Notes under the pieces: model-generated | What the model saw: the letters and a program-made list of their open reading frames with translations, nothing else | The model's database searches: none | What the model was told of the DNA's origin: nothing | From: a virus | Direction: 5' to 3' (one strand) | Length of the DNA stretch: 64,000 bases | IMG/VR virus record: IMGVR_UViG_3300034683_000041 | Span: 54,396-118,395 of that record | Part shown: positions 37,833 to 47,935 of the stretch, piece by piece | Position numbering within the stretch: the stretch's first letter is position 1 | Layout: each line of letters starts with the position of its first letter | Made by a program: the position numbers and the translations under genes

Positions 37833-39932
37833 ATGGACCAAGACCCAAAATACACGTTGTGGAGAACCCTTTCATTAATCATTTCCACAGCAGACAACGC
37901 GTATTACGTTCGTAATGATCCTATCATGGACGATGCGCAGTACGATAAACTACGAATACGATGTGCTAAGCTTGAAAAAGAACTAGGAATCACAGAAGAA
38001 AATTCCGTCCTAAGCTCTATTCCTGGAAGCAGAGGGTCTGGACCAACTCGAGTGCACCCGATGCTAAGTTTGGCAAATATATTCACAAAAGAAGAGCTAG
38101 AAAAATATTTACAAAGTCTTGCTAAAACTGGAATAGATATCGACAAGATCTGGTTTTATCTTGATCAGAAACTCGATGGAGTTTCTCTTGAACTTACTTA
38201 TTCAAGAGATGCTTTAGAATCAGAACACGTACTAACTAGTGCAACAACTAGAGGAGATGGACACGTAGGAAATGAAGTGCACGATAACGTGGCATTTACC
38301 ACACAAGTTCCATTAAATATACCTTCCACATACCGCACAGTTCCTATTCTATCGAACATAGTAGTTCGTGGGGAAGTTGTAGTTGATTACGTAGATTTTA
38401 ATCGAATAAATGTGGCAAGAGAACGTCTTGGACAAAAACCTTTTGTTTCTCCAAGACATGCAGCAGGATCATTAGTGGTCAATTCTAAACAATTGTCCGA
38501 CTATAAAGATATACGAAAATCGAACCCAAACTGGAAACCGTGTAAGTTCTATGCTTACGGGGTAGACGATCATTCCGCGAATAATCGTTACGGTATCAGG
38601 AATTACGTAGAACTAGTAGAATTCCTTAAAATCCTCGGATTTTGTACCATCCCGGGAATACTTGTAAGGCGTGATGCTATCTGGAAAACACACGAAAACC
38701 AGATGCATCAAAGACATTCCCAGGCGTATGCTTTGGATGGTACGGTGGTAAAGGTAATTGACTTTGGAGTATATGAGCAACTCGGAGTCACTAGTCATCA
38801 TCCTAACTATGCTCGAGCTATCAAATTCCTCTCCGAGAAAGCAACGACAAAAGTACAGTCAGTTGTCTTTCAAATCGGTCGGACAGGCAGAATCACTCCG
38901 GTTGTAGAAGTATCTCCGATTACGTGTGGTGGAGTTGTTATCTCCAGAACCACACTACACAACGTGGAATATCTCAAAAAGTTAGACCTGCACTATGGAG
39001 ACATCATCACCCTCAAGAGAGCAGGAGACGTTATTCCACAGATTGTGTCAGTAGATATTTCTCTACGGAAAGAGGATGCCAAAAAGATCGACATACCGAC
39101 CAAGTGCCCGGTATGCGGAGCAACTCTCGACAACAGAGGAAAACAAATGCTTTGTCCGAACAAAAAGTGTTCGGGTCAACATCTAGCCCTTTTAACTGCA
39201 GCTACTTCTAGAAGCGGGTTGCATTTGGAAGGTTTTGGGGAACAATTGCTTTCCCGGTTATACGATCAAGGATTCCTTGATCATGTTCTCGATCTCTTTT
39301 CGCTAACTGCAGATCAGCTTCAACGAGTTGGTGTAAGTGCAGAGTATGCGGATACCCTGATATCTAGGATCAAAACAAAACTCAACAAATTGCAGCTGTT
39401 TGAACTTTTGTCTATCCTAGGCATCTCCAATCTAAGTCGACATACTGCACAAAAACTTTGCCAAAACTTCCCGACCTTGACAGAGTTATATAGTGCAACT
39501 TGCGACGAATTGATGCAGATAAACGGCATCGGTAAACTTACGACGAAAGCTTTGTATACTTACTTACGACAAATAGATCTAAGAAACGAATTATCTTCAA
39601 GAGGTATCGCTTTGTACAGATCAACCCCTCAGGATTGCGACTCACAACTTTCCCATTGGAAGGTTTGTATTACAGGGACTTTTAAAATTCCTCGCAGAGA
39701 ACTAGAACAACGACTGATATCCCATGGTGCAACGATCGTAAATTCGGTATCTTCCCGAACAACGCATCTACTGAAAGGAGAAAACTATGGAGAAACTAAG
39801 GTGGACCTAGCCATCGAGAAAAGTATACCTATATTAGATCAAAGCGATCTGGATAGGATTCTTTTCGATTTCTCTACTTCGACTTCCTGTGAGCAAACAG
39901 GGGATTCCCTGGAACATATATCTTTGGAATAG
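37833..39932 (+). CDS. ligA: NAD-dependent DNA ligase
   Basis: YYVRNDPIMDDAQYD, HPMLSL, QKLDG, TRGDG, VRGEV, DGTVVK, QIGRTG, RAGDVIP, CPVC..C..C, C-terminal BRCT. Confidence 0.96.
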   Translation: MDQDPKYTLWRTLSLIISTADNAYYVRNDPIMDDAQYDKLRIRCAKLEKELGITEENSVLSSIPGSRGSGPTRVHPMLSLANIFTKEELEKYLQSLAKTGIDIDKIWFYLDQKLDGVSLELTYSRDALESEHVLTSATTRGDGHVGNEVHDNVAFTTQVPLNIPSTYRTVPILSNIVVRGEVVVDYVDFNRINVARERLGQKPFVSPRHAAGSLVVNSKQLSDYKDIRKSNPNWKPCKFYAYGVDDHSANNRYGIRNYVELVEFLKILGFCTIPGILVRRDAIWKTHENQMHQRHSQAYALDGTVVKVIDFGVYEQLGVTSHHPNYARAIKFLSEKATTKVQSVVFQIGRTGRITPVVEVSPITCGGVVISRTTLHNVEYLKKLDLHYGDIITLKRAGDVIPQIVSVDISLRKEDAKKIDIPTKCPVCGATLDNRGKQMLCPNKKCSGQHLALLTAATSRSGLHLEGFGEQLLSRLYDQGFLDHVLDLFSLTADQLQRVGVSAEYADTLISRIKTKLNKLQLFELLSILGISNLSRHTAQKLCQNFPTLTELYSATCDELMQINGIGKLTTKALYTYLRQIDLRNELSSRGIALYRSTPQDCDSQLSHWKVCITGTFKIPRRELEQRLISHGATIVNSVSSRTTHLLKGENYGETKVDLAIEKSIPILDQSDLDRILFDFSTSTSCEQTGDSLEHISLE

Positions 39933-39960
39933 GTATGAGGGCCTTCGGGCCCTCATACCT
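39931..39960. terminator. TTCG-loop inverted repeat between convergent genes
   Basis: AGGTATGAGGGCC-TTCG-GGCCCTCATACCT. Confidence 0.8.
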
Positions 39961-39976
39961 GCATCTTTTTGTTTGT

Positions 39977-40819
39977 TTAAATGTTTTCAGCTTTAATCAA
40001 TGTACCTTCTCCGAGAAAATATTTCCTGTCAAGTACAGATTGTGCAGATGTTACTGCCATACCTGTATTACAAATCTTGTAATTGAGCTGAGCATAGATA
40101 GCTTCTTTTGCGTTGAATGTTATATTGTCTGCATCGTACATCTGAACGATTTCGTCATTACCAGAATAAAGTCCCCATTCGGAGATCTTTGCATATCGCA
40201 TATCCCCATTGTACAGGACGTTTATAGCTTCCATAACTTCATATCCTCTAACAGGAAGAAGTATTTTAGTTCCGACTACAATCTTAGAATTGTGTCCGGA
40301 TTGTTCTCCGGAAGTCGACGGTACTGGGGGAGTGGGAGTCAGGTCGGATGCTGAGAAGATGTAAGGTTCTTGTTCTTGAGTTTCAGGATTGATTCTCAAG
40401 ATTTGGACCTGAGTATCGAGCATGGTTATTTTTTTCAAATAATAACAATAGTACGGTTCGTTGTTGATAGTTTTACGTACACGCAAGCGATATTGTGTTC
40501 TCTCAGCTTCTGTGAGGTCTTCTGAGACAGGTACTACACGGAAAGGAATTTGTTCATAAAGTCCATGTTCTCTATTCCGAGGGATATGAGGATTTGCTAA
40601 TATGCCATCGTCAGCATTTTTGAACCCTCGGATACCTATTCCAAAATACTGGATAACAGGACGAGTACTAGGAACTTTTTCATGGAACACCTGATGTGCG
40701 AAGTTCAATGTTGTATTTTGGTGAAAAGCATATTCCATAGGTAATCTTGCGTAAATATCACCAATAGCACAAAGATCAGTTTTGACGATGTGCTCGGCAA
40801 ATTGTAAAGCTTCAGACAT
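39977..40819 (-). CDS. virion structural protein (baseplate/tail, phiKZ gp127-like)
   Basis: QYFGIG, IPFRVVP, YCYYLK, ISEWGLYSG; syntenic with the portal. Confidence 0.65.
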   Translation of the reverse strand: MSEALQFAEHIVKTDLCAIGDIYARLPMEYAFHQNTTLNFAHQVFHEKVPSTRPVIQYFGIGIRGFKNADDGILANPHIPRNREHGLYEQIPFRVVPVSEDLTEAERTQYRLRVRKTINNEPYYCYYLKKITMLDTQVQILRINPETQEQEPYIFSASDLTPTPPVPSTSGEQSGHNSKIVVGTKILLPVRGYEVMEAINVLYNGDMRYAKISEWGLYSGNDEIVQMYDADNITFNAKEAIYAQLNYKICNTGMAVTSAQSVLDRKYFLGEGTLIKAENI

Positions 40820-43024
40820 TTACATTTCCTCCGAAATATTTTGAAGATTAGATCCAACATGGATCGAAAGTAACGTTTCAATGTGTGATTCAAGTTTTTG
40901 TGGGGTTATTCCTACGTTAAGACTATCTAAAGTATCGGCAGAATCATTTACAAGATTAGGAGTTAACCTTACTGTAATGTCCGTCAAATCAGAACTCATT
41001 ACATATCCATCAGCGATATAAATACCGTCCAAATCGGATAAATGTGCAAGATCTGAAAACTGATCGTTACTTGCAGAAATACTGAGTTTAGGGATATCTA
41101 ATCTGTTATCGGATGAGATATCGTCTGCTACTCTACCTATAGTCAAAGGATCACTAATCAAGAAACTCAGCGTATCTCTTTGTGTTTCTAAAAAGGTTAA
41201 TCTATAACTGCACAATCTAATGAATAGATTTTTTAATCCATCGTATATACGTAATCTACTCGGATCGTGTGCAGTGTATTTGAAGAATATCGGATGAGTT
41301 ACAGGAACTGCATTTGTTAAAACTTTATGACAAAGTTCTTTGAACATTTCCTGATCATTTCCAAGATTCTCGTATGCTCGGATTATCGTTTCAATATCTG
41401 GTTTAGATGCTATCCATGAACTGTAGTTCGGTTTATCTGTCAGATTCAAATCTACCATTTCTCTAACTGTCAGATAATCAAAAAACTTATTCATAGCATC
41501 GTGATAGATAAGATTACCACACTGACGTAATCGTTCTTGTTGTACAACTAAGATTTCAAACTGTGCAGCTACATGATCGACAAATTCTTCCTTAGTAAAA
41601 CTTGTACGGTCTGTCCACAATATCTCATCCAAAGTAGTTTGTACATCAACCACAGTTGTCATGAGATAATCCGTACCCATGAAGGATATCCACTTAGGGA
41701 GTTCGTAATCTTTCGGACGTTGTGATTTGTATACTAAAGATACAGGGTATTTTGTAGGGATAGTTTCGATTACTTCTCCGAATTCTCTATAGTGAGCATA
41801 ATGAAAAAGTAAAAGAGCATCGTCTAACGAAAGATCAATTTCCATGTTGATATTTTCGTCAGTATATTTGACTCGGTAGTTCAACAGATGTTTTGATTTT
41901 CTAAACACTACGTTTTGAAGCAAGAACTCCATGAGTAAATGTTGGTATTCTGTATGAAGTACAGTCTTTTCTAATTCCATTAACCTGGTAGGGATAATGT
42001 TAAGTGAAGTATTTCCGAATTTTTCAGTGATATCGTCGGATATGCGAGGAGTAAGATCAGGAAAATATCCTTCCGATTTTACTCTATTTAGAACATGATC
42101 CATAGTTTCATATTTTGATTCATCTATGGATTCGAATGTTCCAGCATTCACAACACTATCTGAGAGTACTTCTGGTATCAATACACAATCTTCTGAACCG
42201 TCATCTGTTTGTTCAAGGATCGTTTTAGCAACAAGTTTAACCTGCAATCCTTTAAGTAGATTGTCAGCTAATATTTCTAAGTTGCTACGTTTTCCCCTAT
42301 TCTGTAAAATGTATCCCATGTTACGATACAAGAACAGCGCTTGTGTTTCTGTGAGAATGTCACGGTAGTCTCCGATACCTTTAGAGAACAAATATTCCCA
42401 TATGTGATACGGATGAACATTGGAAGTTCTTATATTTTTAACTCTCTGTGTCAGTATAGCCTGATAAAGATATCCGAATAACATACCGTAGAATGTAGTA
42501 GGATATAAATTTTCTTGACTATAGTCTGCAATATACCAGCGCATATGGATATATTCAAGAGTACTATCTACGATGTGTCGTATAGATTCTCGTTCATTTG
42601 TTCTTAAAATATTGTAATCTGCTTTAAGTACGGTAAAGTTTGGTGCATTGATAGCCGTATCTATATCCTGAACTGGATAGACTATATTTTTTATAAGGTT
42701 AGTCTGTTCCGGGTATCGTTGGATAAGCGTTTCGTATTCTGCTGATCCAACTTGAAAGTTTGCAAATGTTTTAGGATGGGTTGTTCTCAATTCCGGACAA
42801 AACAATACTTCAGAACCATCTTCAACAGAAACAGTATACATTGGAGTATCTAGTACTGAATATTTTCCACAGAGGTTTTGATAGTATGGATTGTCCTTGT
42901 CATCATCAATGAGGATATTGCGTTCCTGCATAAGTCTTGTTTTATAAACTTCTGCAAACAAATCAAATTTGATACTCAAAGTCTGTAGAAATCTTAAAAT
43001 TTCTAATTCGTAATGTTTATACAT
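40820..43024 (-). CDS. virion structural protein (baseplate, phiKZ gp128-like)
   Basis: YYQNLCGKY, HPYHIWEYL, QALFLYRN...NRGK; divergent from the portal. Confidence 0.65.
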   Translation of the reverse strand: MYKHYELEILRFLQTLSIKFDLFAEVYKTRLMQERNILIDDDKDNPYYQNLCGKYSVLDTPMYTVSVEDGSEVLFCPELRTTHPKTFANFQVGSAEYETLIQRYPEQTNLIKNIVYPVQDIDTAINAPNFTVLKADYNILRTNERESIRHIVDSTLEYIHMRWYIADYSQENLYPTTFYGMLFGYLYQAILTQRVKNIRTSNVHPYHIWEYLFSKGIGDYRDILTETQALFLYRNMGYILQNRGKRSNLEILADNLLKGLQVKLVAKTILEQTDDGSEDCVLIPEVLSDSVVNAGTFESIDESKYETMDHVLNRVKSEGYFPDLTPRISDDITEKFGNTSLNIIPTRLMELEKTVLHTEYQHLLMEFLLQNVVFRKSKHLLNYRVKYTDENINMEIDLSLDDALLLFHYAHYREFGEVIETIPTKYPVSLVYKSQRPKDYELPKWISFMGTDYLMTTVVDVQTTLDEILWTDRTSFTKEEFVDHVAAQFEILVVQQERLRQCGNLIYHDAMNKFFDYLTVREMVDLNLTDKPNYSSWIASKPDIETIIRAYENLGNDQEMFKELCHKVLTNAVPVTHPIFFKYTAHDPSRLRIYDGLKNLFIRLCSYRLTFLETQRDTLSFLISDPLTIGRVADDISSDNRLDIPKLSISASNDQFSDLAHLSDLDGIYIADGYVMSSDLTDITVRLTPNLVNDSADTLDSLNVGITPQKLESHIETLLSIHVGSNLQNISEEM

Positions 43025-43046
43025 TTAATTTCTCCAGGAGACTGAG

Positions 43047-45773
43047 ATGGAAAACGACACTACAATCAACATACTCAAAGATGCGTATGGGATTTTTAAT
43101 CAGAAGGTAGGGATCGATAGGTCACGTACCGGCAATCAATCCAATCTGTCAAAGACAGAACTTTTAAATTTGGCCAACAGACACTACCAGCCTCCGGCTG
43201 CAACGAGAGGAATAGGTTCCTCTTCGGATATGCTGAACCTCATACAATACTTTCAGCCCACTCACATGCGTGCTGTTAGCATAGTCAACGACATTGATCG
43301 TTTAAAAGCTATAGCTCCAGAAATAGATCAAGCAAAGAACATCATAGTTCCATCTATCCTCTCTCCGAACGATCTTCAAGATACTAATCCTACACTATAT
43401 CTCTCGGAAGATCTTCAGATCTCAGAAGAACTTAGAAAAGAAATCCTGGATTATCTTTACCGTCCTCTTGTTCTTGATTTAGAACTTGGTAGACGAATGA
43501 AATCGTGGTGCGAAACAGCGATGTTTGAATCTGGTTCTGCACCGAATTTAATACTTCCGGAAAGTACGCTTGCTCACCTTATGGGGAAATCGAATGTTGG
43601 TAAGGAATCTTTTTCGCTTGATAGTGAAGAAGGTAAACAAAAATTGACCCAATATTTATCTTCGGCTGATGCTCATCGTAGACTTAACCAAATGTACGAT
43701 GAAGAAATATACCAAAAGAGGATACCTGAAACGTCGGTTAGATCTAATGAGAAATTTAAAACACCAAGCATAGATCTTACTCCGACAGGAAAAAGTATAT
43801 ACCAGGAAGCACTTCCTGCAGTAGAAAAGATCGTTATAAATCATTTAGAAGAACTCAAAAAGGAAAATCCGGTACATGCAGACATCAAGCTATTGGACTC
43901 ATCGTCCAAACTTACTGGGTGTATCGAAAGTATTACTGCACGTATAGTTACAGAACTCGAAGATGGTGATACTTTGAAGATTTCAGAAAACCCAGAAGTA
44001 CTTCGATTTGGAAGTGCGGTTAAAGCTGCGCATAAACGAAGTCTTTCTAAAAACGTCATCGACAGGTATCAACCGGACAATAAAGTAAATGGTTCGGATA
44101 TAGGTTCCTCTCCCATGTATGACGCAAGTCAAAGTAATTCGAGAATACTGAACCTTATTCCTTATATCGACGATACCGCAGAGAATTTTAGCGAACCATT
44201 CATAATGCAATTTCCTGCAGAAGCAGTTATAAGAATCTGTACTCCAGGAAATATCAAAGATACTCTTGGTTATTTCGTATTGATAGATAACTATGGTCAG
44301 CCCATCATGGCCCAGCAATATCTTGGTACCTTATCCGGAAGTTCCAGTGCATCTATGGCAGAAGCAAGCTATAACGCCATGTTCGGTACTTCTAATCATG
44401 GTAACATGATGAGTTCAATGATAGTCAACCCTATGGGATTTGGCAATCCTTACAATCTACAAGATCAAGCAGTCACTAAAGTATTCGATACTATCTTAGA
44501 TTCGATGATGCGTAAAAAATTACAAAACGTAGGATTTGAAGATGTGGCGTTTGGTAAGTACACCACTATAGCTACATGCATGTTCCACAGGATGCTTGCT
44601 CGTAAGAAAACCTCGTTAGTGTTCATCCCTGATGAACTTATGACTTATGTGGCATTCGACTATCGTCCTGACGGATGTGGTAAATCTCGTGTCGAAAATG
44701 CAATGTACTTGTTATCCATCCGTACAATGTTAGTAGTAGCCAACACTATGGCTTCTATGCGAAACTCCATAGCAAGAAAAGAAGTTACTATCGATCTTGA
44801 TGAAAAGGAAACTCAGCCTGAAAGAATACTCCAGGAAGTTGCAAACATGATGAAGCAGAAGTATGGACTTCAGCTCACTTCCGATCCAAGAGTAATATCT
44901 CAGATGATCAACGATCAAAACACTACTATCAAAATGAAAGGTGAAGCCTTTGGTAATTTTGGAGTAGAAATACAAGATACACAACAGAATGTTCCTAAAG
45001 CAGATCAGGATCTCATGGATTCGTTGACTTCTGCTATCATCAACGTATTTGGGGCACCGCATTCTGTCATGAACGAGCTAAACGAAGCAGAGTATGCTCG
45101 TTCTGTAGCTACTACTAACCTCTTCTTTGCTCAAAAAACTTTAGCAGATCAGGATACTCTCACTGGGTTCACGAACAAGTTCATTCGTACGTATTGTAGA
45201 TTTTCTTCTAAAATCAAGAAAGAACTGCTTCGTATACTGGAAGGAAAAACTAAAAACAATGCTCACGATGACACCCCAGTAGACACCGTTTCAGATAAAG
45301 GATCTAAGACAACAACAAAGAATAATCAGCAGATTTTGAATGAGATCATTCGTTCGATAAGTGTCAGTTTGCCTGCTCCGAACATAGCTCCTACTAAGTC
45401 GCAGAACGAAGTACTGAAAGCCTATTTGGAAGTTATCGAGGATATCGTTAACAACACATACCCTGACGACTTAGTGAGTGCAGATACAGATAGTCAGCTT
45501 CAGCCCATTCTGCAAACTATGCGAGCAGAACTCAAGATGCGACTCACTTTACGAGTCATGTCTGAGACTGGACTCAATAAAACATTCGAAGTTCCCGATA
45601 TAACCGAGCACCTTAAAGAAATCATCTCCGATCTTCCTAAAAGGTATCAAGAAATCGAGAACCTTGGATCTGCAATATCCAAGACACTCAGTGTTGTTCG
45701 TACTCCTACCGACGAACCTGAAACAGAAGAAGACTCTTCCTCAGACAACAGTACTTCAGAATTCTCGTTCTAA
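43047..45773 (+). CDS. portal protein (phiKZ gp129-like)
   Basis: 908 aa; PSILSPNDL, GYFVLIDNYGQP, MTYVAFDY...GCGKS, FGAPHS, EYARSV; synteny. Confidence 0.72.
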   Translation: MENDTTINILKDAYGIFNQKVGIDRSRTGNQSNLSKTELLNLANRHYQPPAATRGIGSSSDMLNLIQYFQPTHMRAVSIVNDIDRLKAIAPEIDQAKNIIVPSILSPNDLQDTNPTLYLSEDLQISEELRKEILDYLYRPLVLDLELGRRMKSWCETAMFESGSAPNLILPESTLAHLMGKSNVGKESFSLDSEEGKQKLTQYLSSADAHRRLNQMYDEEIYQKRIPETSVRSNEKFKTPSIDLTPTGKSIYQEALPAVEKIVINHLEELKKENPVHADIKLLDSSSKLTGCIESITARIVTELEDGDTLKISENPEVLRFGSAVKAAHKRSLSKNVIDRYQPDNKVNGSDIGSSPMYDASQSNSRILNLIPYIDDTAENFSEPFIMQFPAEAVIRICTPGNIKDTLGYFVLIDNYGQPIMAQQYLGTLSGSSSASMAEASYNAMFGTSNHGNMMSSMIVNPMGFGNPYNLQDQAVTKVFDTILDSMMRKKLQNVGFEDVAFGKYTTIATCMFHRMLARKKTSLVFIPDELMTYVAFDYRPDGCGKSRVENAMYLLSIRTMLVVANTMASMRNSIARKEVTIDLDEKETQPERILQEVANMMKQKYGLQLTSDPRVISQMINDQNTTIKMKGEAFGNFGVEIQDTQQNVPKADQDLMDSLTSAIINVFGAPHSVMNELNEAEYARSVATTNLFFAQKTLADQDTLTGFTNKFIRTYCRFSSKIKKELLRILEGKTKNNAHDDTPVDTVSDKGSKTTTKNNQQILNEIIRSISVSLPAPNIAPTKSQNEVLKAYLEVIEDIVNNTYPDDLVSADTDSQLQPILQTMRAELKMRLTLRVMSETGLNKTFEVPDITEHLKEIISDLPKRYQEIENLGSAISKTLSVVRTPTDEPETEEDSSSDNSTSEFSF

Positions 45774-45784
45774 CTCAGTATACA

Positions 45785-45820
45785 TAAGAGAGATCCCCTT
45801 GTATAGGGGGATCTCTCTTA
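45785..45820. terminator. inverted repeat
   Basis: TAAGAGAGATCCCC...GGGGATCTCTCTTA. Confidence 0.7.
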
Positions 45821-45840
45821 ACTGATCAGTATTTAAAAAC

Positions 45841-45848
45841 TATATTAC
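45841..45848 (+). promoter_or_regulatory. early promoter core TATATTAC
   Basis: Upstream of the MYG1-family gene. Confidence 0.7.
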
Positions 45849-45961
45849 TTTTATGACTGTTCACAGATTTGTATATGGAGGAAAATAAAAAACTAGAGAT
45901 TAAGTTATTATTGAGCATGAAACATATATGTTCAATACACACCCACAAAAAGGAATACGTC

Positions 45962-47002
45962 ATGACAAAATCTTTGACTCCACAAAGTGTAGTGGCCGTA
46001 CATAACGGAGTTATTCATGCGGATGAAGTTTTCGCAGTGGCCACACTTAGACTTATCGAATGGGACTTTACGGTTGTACGTACACGAGAAAAAGACATAC
46101 TCAAAACCGCAGATATTAGAATAGACGTCGGTGAAAAGTACGACGCAACAACTGGAGACTTCGATCATCACCAAGATACGTTTGCAGAATATCACGAACC
46201 TCCGAACAAACGTTTCACAGAAGGACCTAAGCTTTCCGGGTTCGGTTTGATCTGGAGACATTACGGACGTCTTGCTATCCAGTCGTACATCAAATCTTAT
46301 TCTCCCACTGAACTTATCGATGAGGAAGTAGACAATATCTGGAACCAAGTCTGCAGAGTACTTGTTGCTCCTATCGATGCATTGGACAATGGTGAAAAAG
46401 AGAAATTCTATCTTGATAAAGGAGTTTACGTACTACCTACAGTAGGACGATACATCAAACTTTTATATCCGTCAGATGCAGAAATTACTCCAGAAAAAGA
46501 AATGAAAGCGTTTGACGCTGCAGTGAACTTTGCTGTAAAATATTTGAAGAAAGAGATAGATAAAGCCTATGCTGTAGTACTCGCTATCCCGGCTATCGTA
46601 GATAAGATCCGTGAAACTGATCCGGAACCTGGGATAATGATCTTTGATCAGTTCGTACCTTGGGGACAAGTGTTCAACAAACACAAAGCCATAAACGGAC
46701 ACATCAAATTGGTAATATTCCCGAATACCTCTAGCGGATCGTGGATGGTCCAATCTCCGTATTACAATTCTTATTCTGATACACTGGGATTGTCGGATAC
46801 AGTTCTTGGAGAACGTCGTGTGTATCGTTTCCCTGCACCCAAGAAATTGTGGGGTAAGAGAGATGCCGAACTTGCGGAAATAACGGGAATAGAAGACGTT
46901 ATTTTTGTTCACCCGTCTAAAGGGTTCATCGCAGCAGCACGATCCAAAGAAGGAGCTATAGCTCTTGCGCATTATTACATAAACAATCAAGATCCAGAAT
47001 AG
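45962..47002 (+). CDS. MYG1-family (DHH-like) exonuclease
   Basis: HNGVIHADE, VRTR, DVGEKYD, FDHHQ, LSGFGLIWRHYG, IDALDNG, FVHPSKGFIA; start moved to ATG 45962. Confidence 0.9.
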   Translation: MTKSLTPQSVVAVHNGVIHADEVFAVATLRLIEWDFTVVRTREKDILKTADIRIDVGEKYDATTGDFDHHQDTFAEYHEPPNKRFTEGPKLSGFGLIWRHYGRLAIQSYIKSYSPTELIDEEVDNIWNQVCRVLVAPIDALDNGEKEKFYLDKGVYVLPTVGRYIKLLYPSDAEITPEKEMKAFDAAVNFAVKYLKKEIDKAYAVVLAIPAIVDKIRETDPEPGIMIFDQFVPWGQVFNKHKAINGHIKLVIFPNTSSGSWMVQSPYYNSYSDTLGLSDTVLGERRVYRFPAPKKLWGKRDAELAEITGIEDVIFVHPSKGFIAAARSKEGAIALAHYYINNQDPE

Positions 47003-47015
47003 GTTTATCACATTA

Positions 47016-47055
47016 AGTTATAGAGAACACCCTTCAAAGGGTGTTCTCTATAACT
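47016..47055. terminator. 17-bp-stem inverted repeat between convergent genes
   Basis: AGTTATAGAGAACACCC-TTCAAA-GGGTGTTCTCTATAACT. Confidence 0.75.
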
Positions 47056-47077
47056 ATCAAGGAGTGAACATTATTTT

Positions 47078-47923
47078 TTATACGTTCGATTGAGACAACA
47101 GATCCTTAAGACTCTGATCGATACCATATCTTGCGATATTGGAATCAACACTATCGTAGTTAGCAGCTTTCTGGAAGTTCGGTTTATGGAAGTTCAGAAG
47201 CTTCAGAAGAGACTTACAAGTCTCACGAGTAGTATCATTGTGGTGGATGATACCATTGTACGTAATAGATCGTTCCGGAGTTTCCGGTGTACCAGAAACA
47301 TCTTTCTTCCAACCAAAACTACCAGTTTCTTGCGGATACAGTCCAGTTATGATAGCACCTTCAATGATGTTGTCATAATGACCTGTCGGGTCAGGCTGGA
47401 TGATTGCTATGGATGCCGAGATAGTGGACAGAAGCCACGGGATCTTCTCATCATTCTCTGCGGACAGAGCAGATACCTGACTATCAGGATGCTGGATATT
47501 GAATATCCACTTACGGTGGAAGTTCCAAATAGGAGATCCTACGAATTCGTTGTACGTGAATGTCGGAGATACCGCTTCACGAGTTACGTTAGCAGGCATG
47601 TTAAGCTGCTGTCCGTCTCTGGAATACTGAACCGCATTCGAGTTTACCCGATAGTTCAGATCAATGCCGGAAACAGACTTGGCTTGAACTTCCATGATGT
47701 TTTTAAGTACCTGCTGAGCCATGGGATTTTTGTTCCAAAATCCAGGCACAGACAATACTACTACGATGATATCGTTCAGTACTAACGGAGTAGAAGCATC
47801 AAGCTTCAGTACGTCAGGACCTGCACCCATTTGCCCACTTTCACCAACGTTAGCGGTGGGACCAATGGTTCCGAGTTCTGCTGCTCTTTCGTAAAGAAGC
47901 GCATTATTCCAAGGTTTTGTCAT
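47078..47923 (-). CDS. tail tube protein (phiKZ gp30-like)
   Basis: 281 aa directly after the sheath; LKNIMEVQAKSVSGID, PANVTREAVSPTF, IQPDPT. Confidence 0.72.
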   Translation of the reverse strand: MTKPWNNALLYERAAELGTIGPTANVGESGQMGAGPDVLKLDASTPLVLNDIIVVVLSVPGFWNKNPMAQQVLKNIMEVQAKSVSGIDLNYRVNSNAVQYSRDGQQLNMPANVTREAVSPTFTYNEFVGSPIWNFHRKWIFNIQHPDSQVSALSAENDEKIPWLLSTISASIAIIQPDPTGHYDNIIEGAIITGLYPQETGSFGWKKDVSGTPETPERSITYNGIIHHNDTTRETCKSLLKLLNFHKPNFQKAANYDSVDSNIARYGIDQSLKDLLSQSNV

Positions 47924-47935
47924 TACACCTTACTC

